DNA of 64,000 bases from the NCBI GenBank assembly GCA_046563655.1, contig CM102285.1:11284001-11348000 (forward strand), in the 5' to 3' direction. The translations under genes and the position numbers were made by a program. The notes below the pieces were generated by a model, which was not told where the DNA came from, ran no database searches, and worked only from the letters and a program-made list of their open reading frames with translations. The DNA is from Yuukianura sp. NJ FZ-2021 (Eukaryota). Every line of letters starts with the position of its first letter. The stretch's first letter is position 1. Of this stretch, positions 13,234 through 25,300 are shown one piece after another.

Positions 13234-13528
13234 CGTTTGGTTCGGTGTGTCGTTGTGTGGCGCGAACAATCTCCGACGAGGATTAGGCAAATTAGGAATG
13301 TCAGATCTAAAAACACAAAACAAAATGAGTTAGTTAAGTGCAAATAACACTTAAAAAAGTTACTAAACTTTCTTTCCAAATGTGAAACAAAATGTCTAGA
13401 TTTTTATCTCAAGGCACTCGATGCGTGAGGTGCACTACAAACAACGCTGTCAGGTTGAGTCACTTTCACAGGAAAATAGGGCAATGAGTGTACTGCGTAC
13501 GGTAATATCATTCATCCAGAAAACTATT

Positions 13529-13602
13529 TAGTTCATAAGTGGACGAACTGATTAGATATCCCCGAGCCCGAGTTTCGATATCTAATCATTGATGATGAAC
13601 TG
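13529..13602. repeat. Inverted repeat / hairpin (12-bp perfect stem plus outer stem)
   Basis: tgattagatatc (13549-13560) pairs with gatatctaatca (13577-13588) around a 16-nt loop containing cccgag twice. Outer agttcat/atgaact pairing at 13530-13536 and 13595-13601. Confidence 0.7.
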
Positions 13603-15023
13603 CAAAATAAAAAGGAAAAGTACCTATAAATGCTCACCACCACAAAGACAGAAAGGTGTGCGAATGCGAGTAATCTTGAACACAATGAGGGGAAAACAAT
13701 ATAATTATTATTGCATGTTTACAGCTGAATCTAAAGATTAGATTCTAATCTGATGGTGAAATCTAGAACGATGGCGTTGAAATTAATTTCTAATCATCTA
13801 ATCTGTCTTTACGTACTGATGAGGCCAGCAAAATCACGGAACTGTGTTTGTAAAATAACCTTATTTCATCCCCGTTTGAGTTGTATCAGGTCAACAGTGA
13901 TATTGTTTGTTCGCATACATTTTGCTCTATGATTCCCTGCTGGTACTGGTGTCTCCCTCCATATCGTCGCGGTGCAGCCTACAACAGAGAAAATTGACAG
14001 TGACTATGAGAGTTAGTGAAAGGAGAAATTGTACAACGTACCATGTAATCAGTGCTTTTGAAATTCCATTTACTTATTACATGTATTGGATGCTCCGTAA
14101 AATCCAGGGGCACACCAGCTTCGATCTCCAAAAATCGTAAACCTCGGTTAGCGGATATCCTCAATTACTTCAAGTAAGTGTTATTTTTGAAGATGATTAA
14201 TTTGACAGTTAAATGTTAAGTTTTGATTAATCAGCTGTGACTTCTTCGTGAATGAGTGATATTTCATTGCAATGTGATTTGTGCCAATGTAAACAAAACG
14301 GTTTTTCTCACAGTTCCTCACAAACCCCTTGCATAGGAAGTAAGCCCTGGGCATTGTTTCACTTTTTAAAATAAAATTCATATTTGTGTAGCATTAGGTC
14401 CCATATTAATTAGATTTGTTAAATTTAATTATTCTAAAAAAGATAACTGTTTTATTAGTTTTTTTAGTAATCATATTATACTTAAATTAATTAAATCATT
14501 AAAAAAAATTTTTATATTCTGCCCATATATGTCTGCAACTTGGGTGAAGTTAGAAGTAGCTGTTTCTAGAGTTTTGCGGAATTTAATTTTTAAAATTCGC
14601 GGTGAAGAGTTTGAAAAACGTTTTTCCGCCTTCATCCTCCTTGAGTGCGGTGGTTTTTCTTGACAGTAATCGAAAAAATAATTTAGTAATTCACATATTA
14701 AACTAAATTAAGTTAATCACACATTAAGTTAAGTGTAAATGACGGTGTTTGAAGCTTATTACAAGTGTTGTCGTTTTATTAACGTTGGATTAAACGGGAC
14801 CGTCATAGTTTTATTTTTCAGCCAAGGGAATGTGTAAACACTGGAAGTGACTCTCCGTGGAACCACGTGATCATTGTTGTGCTTCATCATTCGTATTTTT
14901 TTCAGCGAGAGCCATTTGTTTTTCATTGTTGCTCTTTGTTTACGTTAATCTTGCTCTCTTAATCATTCGCCAATCGATTTACTATTTCGACGTTAATCAC
15001 AAGTGAGAACACAAACACGACGA

Positions 15024-15117
15024 ATGTACGAGACATTAGAGCCAACGATTAGTCACCTAAGAAGTTCCAAAGTCGGTGCCATCAGTGATGATCTTCTAAT
15101 AAGAGGAGAAGGTAAAG
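15024..15117 (+). CDS. ush: Alternative first coding segment of ush (MYETLEPTISHLRSSKVGAISDDLLIRGEGK), NuRD-less isoform, 1365 aa if joined to 55601
   Basis: ATG at 15024 with an open frame to a strong donor AAG|GTAAGC at 15117/15118, phase 1 and compatible with the acceptor at 55600/55601. A second in-phase donor AAG|GTAAAG lies at 15111/15112. Confidence 0.55.
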
Positions 15118-16267
15118 GTAAGCCGTAAGGGTTAATTGAAGTCAAAATAGCCTCTAAGGACATCATCTTCCGTATCCGTTGTTGACAATTGACATAACGT
15201 TAGGATTCCGGAATGCTGAATGACTCGATCCCTGTTCCCTGCGCGTATTATATTCCGTTTTTCCATCCCCTTCTCAATCTCTCTCTCAAAGTGTCTTTCT
15301 CTTTCACTCGCCTCAGTCTTCGTCTGTAATCGTTACTGGCAACATCTTCTATACTGCTCTTAGCTCTGAACCGGCAAAAACGTGCTCACGATTAACAACA
15401 ATCATTGCGTAAGAAAGTGCTCTGTAATTTAATTTCTTTGTCCCTACAAATTAGCCGTGGTCTTAGATAGGTTGCCCTTGCCGTTTATTTTCTGACGAAG
15501 GAACGTCATCTTTTTAAAAATCGTTTTGTTGGAAAATGGAATTCGGTGTTAAGCATTGTATAGTATGTTGTAGTATTTCTGTAAATTAATTTGTTGTTTT
15601 CTTTTGTTTCTTGCAGTGCACAGAGTGAGGTGAGATGCAACAAAGCTGAATTCACCGAAACACATCACTACATCGACACCCAGATCCAACGCCTTCCAGC
15701 GTTCCAGCAACCAATAAACAGTTCCCCAATCATCAGTGTCATCAGTGACTCATCCGACACAAGACAACGGTACTTTTTTGATTATGTGAATTGAACTCAG
15801 TTCCTGAAGTGACAAGTCGTACACCTTTGGCGTGTTTCCCTTCCGAACAACACTAATTTACGTATCGGCACCTTTCTCACCACACCAAACCGCGAGCGTC
15901 TCCTTGCAAATTCAGGAAAACAGTATTGTGATCTTAATCTCTTGATCATAAACCTTCTGCGACGAGAGACAAAGGGGAGTTTCCGTTCTGAGAGACAACG
16001 AAGATAGGATCAAATCGATCCGAATAATTCAACAACAAAAGTGAAGTCTCTCATAAAGACTAGTGCAAGAGACACGCTGGTTCCGGGATGTGGATGTGCA
16101 AATACAATCATTATTATCCAAAACTAATAAACGTTGGACTATCTACGATCTTAATGACGAGGACGACGACGCCTTTGTAGCGATTAGCCAGCAGCGCTTA
16201 AATCAATACGACGAGGACACAATAGAACAAAGGAAGTCGACCAGAATTTAACAATCGCTCAACAAAA

Positions 16268-16307
16268 ATGTCACGACGGAAGCAGAGCAACCCGAAGCCT
16301 CTAAAAT
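16268..16307 (+). CDS. ush: ush coding micro-segment encoding the NuRD-binding motif MSRRKQSNPKPLK
   Basis: caaaaATG context, 13 codons plus T, then consensus donor GTAAGT at 16308. It lies at the 3' end of an exon with an acceptor ttttgtttcttgcag at 15616/15617. Confidence 0.9.
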
Positions 16308-19300
16308 GTAAGTACTACCGAATTTTAATTGATTCTTCAGCTTATGAGCTAAATCGCATTATTTTCTGTTTCTAATACTTAACGTTTAACGACTTTCATT
16401 GTTTAAATTCAATATTGCTTTGTTATTTCATGCTTCTTGCAAACGGGTTTAGTAGATTTAACTTTCGATTGATTTGATTATTCAATTCAAAAAATAAGTA
16501 TTGATTATGTTCCCATCCATAACGTTAACGCTACTGAAAGAGGTCATCCGATAACGACTCTTACATAAGCTTGTCTTTAAAAATCGCAATGAATGTCAAC
16601 TTTAAGATTTCTTGGCGACAAATCAGTTATTTTTGATACAAAATGACAAGTATACTATTTATTTCATTTTTTTTGTGTGTGTAAAAGCGCTCATGCTCAT
16701 GGCGCAATCTCAGTGAACGCAATTATAAAGAATTGTGTTTTCGCTTCATGTTTAATTAGCAAAACATTCGCACAAAAATTGTTGACAGTTGCAATAATTT
16801 TTTCTTGATTTTTGCTTGGGTTGAAGGGGGTGGGACATTTTATTCAGGAACAAAAGCAAAAGTTTAAAATCTCTCGCAACTGTACGTGTAAATGGCGTAA
16901 TATTCCCTCTAAGCGTAACCAATTTATAAGGTGCTTAATTACTTATCAGTGACTCTCATTCAGTCACCATCGTATTTCTGAAATGCTTGTTTATCTGTCA
17001 TGAGAAGTTTATACGTACTTATCACTTCCGTATTGTCAGTGATGCGATATGTATCAAGTATCTTTTGCACAAAAAATGCTGCTGCTCGTTTCGTCAGTAT
17101 GAGCACTGCCAACTAACAACAGTCAGTAGAGGCTAAAGTGTGTTAAGAGTTTAGTATTTTCTGGTAAGTTAAGTAGTGTTTGGTTTGGATTTTATCACAA
17201 AATGTATTTTATCTTCTGGGAGAGGTGGGCAGAGTGCCAAAAAAGATGAACGATAAGATCAGTTTGTATGAGAGAAAAAAAATCGCATTGTGGAATGAGA
17301 GATCACGAATTTTGTGGTGACTAAAAAGTATGCTTTTGCCGAATCTCTGGCGACGACAAATAACAAAAGAAATTATTTTTGGCAGGTTTGGGTTGACTTC
17401 CTCCCTCCAAATAGTTTAGATTGGCGAATAATTTTCTACGTTGATTTTACACTTATCACAGTTTTGGGTTAGGTTTTACAAGTTTCAGTAAATGTAGGAT
17501 TTGGTTTCGCTTGGGTTTAGATTTTTAACAAAAGATTGAAACTTGGATTATTATTTTGTGTCACTTTTGAGAGAAGGGGGAACTAAAAACTGCTTTTTTG
17601 GTTTTTAATTATAGGAACTAGACTGAAGGCTCTTATACAATTTTAAATTTTAGTTTGATAGAAAACTCTATCATTTAATTTAATTTGACATCTGATATGG
17701 TTGATATCGGGGTTCAGAATTCATTTGGAATTGAAACAAAAGCTAAATTTGACAATTGTGATGGCAGTGAACAATGGGACAGGTTCGTAACTCCTATCGT
17801 TTCCTATTGATATTTTGTTACATGAGACACATTTGCAAATTATCCCTCTCACTATTTCCCCCGAATTTACCGGTTTCCTTTATTTTTTAGAACTACAATT
17901 AACTTGACTTTAACTCATGTTTTTGTGGTTACTATCATCATCGAAAATCTATTGTTGTTGCATATTCTATCAGTTCCGAATCAACCTTGCGTTTGGCTTT
18001 GAAAAAACCCTGCTTTCGTAAACACTTCCTCACTTTAGTACTCTAATTTTCTGTTATTTTTCGAAATGGAGAAAACCTTGAAAAATTGGACAGGACAGAG
18101 ACGCACTAAAAGTCGAAATTCTGAATTGCAATCGCGTGACTCCTTGATTCAAGAGATATTCTCATGGAGGAGGAAAAATGAATTAATGTTATTTTTCTGT
18201 GGGACAGGCAAGGCTAAAGTTTCAAAAAAATTGTATAATCAGTGTTAAAAATCTTTTATAATACTAAAATATACATTACATAAAATACAAAGGCATTAGG
18301 CAAATATAGTAACTAGTGTGGAGAACAAAATGAAGCAAGTGACCACCACAGTGAAGTGAGTGAAAAGGAAATCACGTCTCATGATTTAGAGATTTGATTA
18401 CGTTAAGAAATGTTAAAATTCTAGATAATTACCGCAAATGAAACTTCGTTTTACCTTCATTTTTATGAAAGTTATCATTCTTTGGTATGGAAAAAAAAAG
18501 CATTTCCTTTCCTAGAATTTGACGAAAAACTGGATTTTGGGGAAAAAATGTGTTAAAAAAAAATTATAATTTTGACACACAACTGCCATAATTTTTGCTA
18601 AAGTTTGTTTCCATTCATGCGAATTGTCAGCTTACTTTTCCGATTTCAAGGATTTGAATACGGAAAATTTTCCAACTGGCGTGGAGGTTTTTAATTTTTG
18701 AAAGTGAAAAGTACGATGGACATTTAAAATCTTTATGTGAAAATTAAGTTTTCGTTCAACTTTTTTGTTTTGGCTGTGTTTAGGATTGAAATTTTGGCTT
18801 TTCTTTATGTCCTTGATTCCTTATGAATTTGAAATTGACATGTGCAGTTTATCACCTTCTGGCAACGTAGCAAAGTGCAGCGCAGAATTCACAGAAATAT
18901 CAAGTCTAAACCAGTGGATTGACGATAGGTTGGCATTAGGTAAGGCTTAATATTGTTTCATATTCCTTAATGTTCTTTTCCTATCGTGTGGATAAGGACA
19001 CATCATTTCTTTGAGCAGTGGTTTACCCGCAGATTAGTTATTAAGTGGCTCTTCATCAGTTGGCGGTGGTAAAGTGATATGCGGAACGAGGAAAACAGTA
19101 TTGGAAGTGATGCGGAGAATAATTTATTATGTAAGACGACAAAAAATATTAAGGGAATATCAAATTATGAAATGCTTTCGAAATCAGCTTTTCTCCCGAC
19201 TTCTTTCTTGTAATCATTTACTTGCTTTCTTTGTTTTCTCCTTCAAAATTTTTAATGTGTTTTGAACACAAAACCTCGCTGGATTCTTCTATTAATCAAA

Positions 19301-22300
19301 TTCAAAGCTACCGCGGTTGCCATTTTTTAAAACCAATTACATTAGCCGAGGAGTAGAAATTTTTAAGAAATTAAATGTTCAAAATTCCGCCTCTCGCTGG
19401 GCTGACATGGCTGATGTTCTTGTACATTTTTTTTTTCGTTTGCAAAAAAATTAAAAGTCCATAATTCATTAAAAATTGAATCAAATATTCAGTGCAAATG
19501 GACATTGTGGGATATGGTAAACACAGACATTAGAGAAAGTTAGGGAGTCTTAATCAAGGAATAGAAAAGTTGAAGGATATGAAATTGTAGAGTGACGTTG
19601 TAAACTGCTAGGTTTAAAGAATTTTTTTTCCTGAGCTCTATTTCCAAAGAAGATAAATATGATTAAAGTTTTCATACATGTCCGATTTAAAAATCAATAT
19701 TATCCAACACACATTGGAAAAAAGTGGACAAGTGGAAATAATAAGTTTAGCACATGAAATGTAACAAGTCGAGGAGAAAGCTTTCTCTTTTTGTCCTCTC
19801 ATATAGTAGGCCTGGTAGTATGTAATTTCATTTTGAACGACAACGGCTATAATTTACATTTATTTTCTGTTTTTCCTGTTTTTGCCAGGTGATTTCCGTA
19901 GTTCTTTGTATTCTCTGTCGATACAGGTCTTGTGTTTGTAAATTATTCTTAAAATGAAAAAAAGAAGTTGTGTTTGATGAACTGCGAAGAAGTGGATTTT
20001 GGCAGTAATCATTGGAAAAAGTATCGGTGTGTCATTAGATCGCTTTTAAGTAAAGTTCACACAATGGTAATTTTCTCTTGGGAGAAAGTAGTAACGACTG
20101 ATGACATTTTTAATAATATGACGATCAACCTACTGCTAAGGGCTTTTGAGTTGGAGTATCTGATGTTAATTTGGGTGGACTGGAAAGTTCAAATTATAAC
20201 AATAATAATTAGGCTTTTTCGGTTTGGGTAGAAGTTCACCTGTGAAAAGCAATGAAGGTTTAAATTAGAACTATTGGAAAATTGGATGCCCTTAATAAGT
20301 GGTTCTAAAAAGTGAAAATTAAACTCAATTTAAGTTGTGCTTTTGAAGTAATGAAAGTTGTCCAGGGACACCAGGGCTGTATTTTGTACAGTTAGCCAAG
20401 GGAGGGGACCCTTGAAGGGCCTCTATACAAATGGACTTAAGTGACAGTAATACTGTATTTAAGGAGGGATCTCCTGGCACTTTTCTTCAACTAACGATTT
20501 ATAAAGTGTAATGATGTCGTGTTCTTTTTCAAGTTAGGTTTTAGCCTAACGTTTTGTCTATTTTTCTATATGTTTTTCAAATGTAAGTGTGTGGCTGTTC
20601 TTCCTCATTATCACATTGAGGCCTATTTACAATCGCCTAAAGTCTATGATATCTAGATAGAGATCACTGTTGGTTTGGTAGGACCTTTGGAAGTGCATAA
20701 GCTCCTTTTCCTAAGTGGGAGACTTGACAATCGAGAAGATCTTTCCTGGAGGGGCATGTTAGGCTCATGGCCCTTTTGAATTAATCAGCACTTTAGGAAC
20801 AGGGCCCTTGGAATATTACAGAATATACTGTCCATGTACCCTTAAACAGTTTCAAAGGGCCCACACCCTCTTAAACCACTACTTACTGTAGGTAACTCCA
20901 AACAACAATGAGAATTCAACAAGTTCAAATGATTTCCAAAGATTCCAAAGGGAGATTGAGCGAGACTTTTGAAGAGGATCATGGACTATTGCTTTATAAT
21001 TAAATTTTTTCTACCGTTTAGTGATGACAGGCGTTTGTTAGTGGATTTGGAAGAGTGATGAGGTTTTGTTTTTATTCAGAAAAGAGCCCTCCCAAAGATC
21101 AATTCTCTCGGAGCGTTGGGAAGATTTTGTGTTGAAAGTAGACAAAAGAAGTTTGGAAGAAGATGGGCAGGTCCTATGATGTCTGATGGCTGATTTATGG
21201 TGACAATATAATGACTAAGGAGAGCATCAGACTCAAAGTTTAAGGAGAAAAACTATTATCCCCATTGTGATTACTTATAGAAGATTTTGAGAGAGATTGG
21301 AATTGAAATATACCTTGGGTGTTAAGGGAAAGCGTGAGTGGAAAATTTAGTTTTTTCTTCATTTTGGAAGTGATAATTGCAACTTTTGTATTAGAGAATG
21401 ATTGGAGATTGGTAAAATGGTAATTTTGGAGGCGGGTTTTTATTTACATTATCCGAAGTGGTGGTGAGAGGGCAAGCAGGGAGGTTGATGGCATTACGAT
21501 TTATCTCCAGATCACACCTTGTCAAAAGATTCCTTTAAGTGCAAGTTTCACACTTAATTTATTAGGAGGAGGTTTGAGATATTTGAAAGGTGTAGGTTCC
21601 CTAACCTTAATGGTTCTAGTTAACTGGCTGTGACGACAGTAATCAGATGATGATTTTCTTCTGGAAGTGATTGTTTTTCAGTGGGCAGAGTTGACATGAT
21701 GGGGCGGAAAAAACGGGCTCAGGAACATGGTTCTTCCATAAAAGTTGTTTCTTTCAAAAGTCCAATGTAAGTCTATAGCACTTGCTTAGCGAGAACTTCT
21801 GGCTTAAAAAGTTGGTTCGTCGTCTTTTCTTTCGTCAAAAGTTTTTTTTTTGAGGATATTTGAAATCGAGGTTTAGCGATTTGAAACCGGATATAGAAGA
21901 AAATTCTGCTGGTGAAAGTTCTGACTTTCTATGATGAGTTCCCAAAGTGTCAAAGTGGGAAAATACTAAGTTTTGGATGGAAGAGAAAGTGTGCGAATTG
22001 AAAAAAATGAAGGTTGGATGGGGTATTGGTAAGATTGGAGTTGAACGGTTTGAAGAGGATATTGAATTGAATGGACAGATAGAGATAATGGTGTGCTGAA
22101 AGAAATTGTATTGCTTTCTCTCTTCTTTTTTATATAAACTTTTACTTAAAACTATTTTTTCTACTTTCACCCCCTTTTTCGGAAAAAAAAACTTACCCCC
22201 TTCATCACTTTTACTTGTTCAAGAAAAGTTTTTTTTTCATTTTTTCTGCAAGCGAGCTTCTTCGTTTTCGTAAATGAAAAGAAAAGTTTCATATCACTAC

Positions 22301-25300
22301 CATCATCATCAAATCCCATCCGACAGGACGCTGAGCTCCTATACAAAACTTTTTTTTTTTGCTTTCTCTTCTTCTAATTTGACAGTTGTGGGGTGAATGA
22401 CAGTCGTTAGAGATTTTTTTTGGCTTAGGAATCAATATCTAGTGTTCTCAGTATTGCTGGATAAAATTTTTGTTTCTAGAGGTACGATTTTCTTGCGGAG
22501 AAAGTTAGCTATAAATACAGGGAGTACTTTAGGTAAAGGATAAATTTTGGCGTTGGTTTAGCTGTTAAGCGTTGTATGACAGGGAATTTTTAATGAATCT
22601 CCGTTTTTTTTTTACTTAAAAAAAGTTAATCAAAGGTTTGACTCTGGGAAAAATTAATTTAAGGGAGATGATATTCCCTGACCTGTCAAAAAGCTTAAAA
22701 GGAAACGCGGGAGTTGAGCGTCTCAAATCTTGAAAAGTTTTTAATTGAATTTTTTTCACTTTGAACTTTGTCAGAATACGGTAAAAACTAGGATCAAATT
22801 TTGGAATTTCTAGTTTTTTTTTGTCGGACGAGTAGTATTCAAACTTCGCATATTCAAAATTTGAAAATTTGAAAATTTCATTTTCATCGATTTTTAAAAA
22901 TTTTTTGGTCCTTTTATTAAGTAGTAACTCACGATTTTAAATTCTCTGAGCTGGGCAAGGCAATAAGTAATGTCTACTTCAACTATGAAATGTTTTTGTG
23001 TGGACTAAAATTTGATTTTGTACATAAAAAGCAACGGCGTTAAGTGCACGAGTGGAAATTAAAAATTCTGAAATAGTTTTTGAGTATGGTGGGGAGGGAT
23101 GAATATCATTTTGAAAATAATCAAAATCCGAAAGATCCCGGAAATGAAGGAAGTTGAAGAATGACTTTCTCCGGGTAGTATCATCACACATGAATCTCAA
23201 ATCTCTGGGAACAAAAGACAATTTGTGCTGCTGTTGCTATGAAGTGATGATGAGAAGAGGGGTTGAACTCCCCCGGATTAATTCCACACGGACGGAGTAG
23301 AATTGTGAAAGTCTCGTCGCTTCCTAACTTTTGGCTCAGTTTGGTCATAATCTTTTAGTGTGGAGCGTTAAGGTCACACTTCCCAGGACATTTTGTTCCT
23401 CTGCTCCTCTTGATGCAATTCGAATTCAACTTATTATAAATTCAGAACGAGTTTCAGAAAATGGAACCAAACCTCCTCGTCTTCCTTTTGATCATCTCAT
23501 ATTCTGAGCTAGTCCTTTCCGTTTTACACCAGCAGATGCTGTCAGGTCATAATGGATTTTGTTATTACACCTCCTTGATCTCCGCGTTCCTAGTTTCTGT
23601 ATGTGAAACTGACGCCAATCTAAGAAATTTGGCGGCGTTAACAATTCTTTACTTTCTCCACATTTTCAGAAATGCTTTTGAAAATATTTCCGAAATGAGG
23701 TTTCAACATACTATTTAGAGATTACAAATTGAAACTGAAATTTCACTTCTACGCTTGAAGCCAGGACTGTGCAAAGGAGATATTGCAGAACCCTGTGATG
23801 ACAATGATAACGTTGGAATTGTTTTCTGATAGAATGTGTACCCAGTCATTCCCTATTGAGTTTCACCAGTTTTCATTTGTTTTGGACTCCAAGTGAAGTT
23901 TAAGGGGACATTTTGGAAGATTTAGAAGCGTATGTGGAAAGCGTGTTTGTGAACGCTGAGGGGAGATTATGATCATTTATTGTTTGGACCTTATAAGGAG
24001 GACTGTTCCCTATAATTTATCTGAGTTATGGCTGATGGCGTCTGGATAAGTCCCCTTGATGAAATGGGCGTATTTAACAGGAATCCTTGTATCAATATCA
24101 TGACTCTTGGTTTAAGTCCCCCTCGCTCCCAAGTCCCCACTTTTCAGTGGTTCCATCAATCACAATAATCCAACTTAAGTGAAAGTCATTTTCTCCATCG
24201 GGAGCCAAATTAGAGCGGAGTTATTGACAGCAAACGGCTGTTTACTTTAACAAATTGAGAATTTCCAAATTCATTTTTTCTGAACTTCACACTACTTTTA
24301 AGTTAGATTTTAGTATGTTTTTGACAATAGTTCGGCTAAGTGGTTATTTTCCTAAGACTCTTAAGACCTAAGTTTATGTTTATGGTTGACGTAATGTAAG
24401 AATCAGTTAAACAATCGAATTTTATTTTTCTATCTAATAAATGGTCATAAAAGAAGCAAGTTGTTGACGTGATGCGCTTCTGGTGTTGAAATGCCTCCTG
24501 AATCATTGTGACAATTAAAGTTGGTGAGTTAGAATGCTCTTGTGGTTAATTGAATTAAGAAGAGGTTTTTAAGCTGAGTAGTTGTTTCAAAGGGGTAGAA
24601 GTGTAATAAAACTTGCCCTTCAATGTTTTTAATCAGCCATTAAGTGTTAAGTGGAGAAGGCAGGCATTCATTTGATTTGGGAAGCTGATAGTTCTACTCA
24701 ATTCGACGCTTTGTTAGTGTTTCTGAGGTGAACGAAACTCACGAAAATGATTTCAAAAGCTGTATTTTAAAAATTAAAACGTAAAAACTGCACCAAGTTT
24801 TGGTATGGTGGTGGAGCAGAGGAACCGCCGGAAGGTGGGTGCTAATTAGAGCTCCATGACTTTATGTAGGATCTGAGACTTGCAAAGGAACCGCAGCAGT
24901 AAGCTGTTTGTTACGTTAGCTCAAGCAAGTATTGTAGAGCTGTCATTATAATTATGGAAGCATAGGAGCTTGATGGATTAGGGCAAGTTGGCCTTTGACG
25001 TTTCGCAGATACTCATCCTTGAAACGAAAGGCTTTTCCACTCGGAGAGTTTTGTAAAATATACAACGAAGGGGTTGTTTAGAGTTGGTTTTCATTTAGAA
25101 ACAGTGGGAGAAAGAAATGTAAACTTTAAGGGAGCTATAAGTTAGCTAGGTGTTTTTGCAGGGTATAGATCCATGGCGATGCCAAAATAATGAATTATTC
25201 CATGATTTTCCTAAGATTTACGTTCTTCACCTCCTCTTTGATGTTGATCCTACTAATTACTTAATTACTAATCAGAGATTCGACTCAAAGTTGTGCTAAG

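Noticed and set aside
13816..13845. CTGATGAG, a hammerhead ribozyme-like core
   Set aside because: No stem II closing into GAAA and no flanking helices.
13949..13978. YGGRH peptide resembling the IDH3-gamma N-terminus
   Set aside because: The following sequence does not give the expected VTMxPGxGIGPE in any frame.
18848..18939. Possible 92-nt intronic exon sharing AEFTE with ORF 15591..15794
   Set aside because: Frame-shifting length and only a 5-residue match, not distinguishable from chance.
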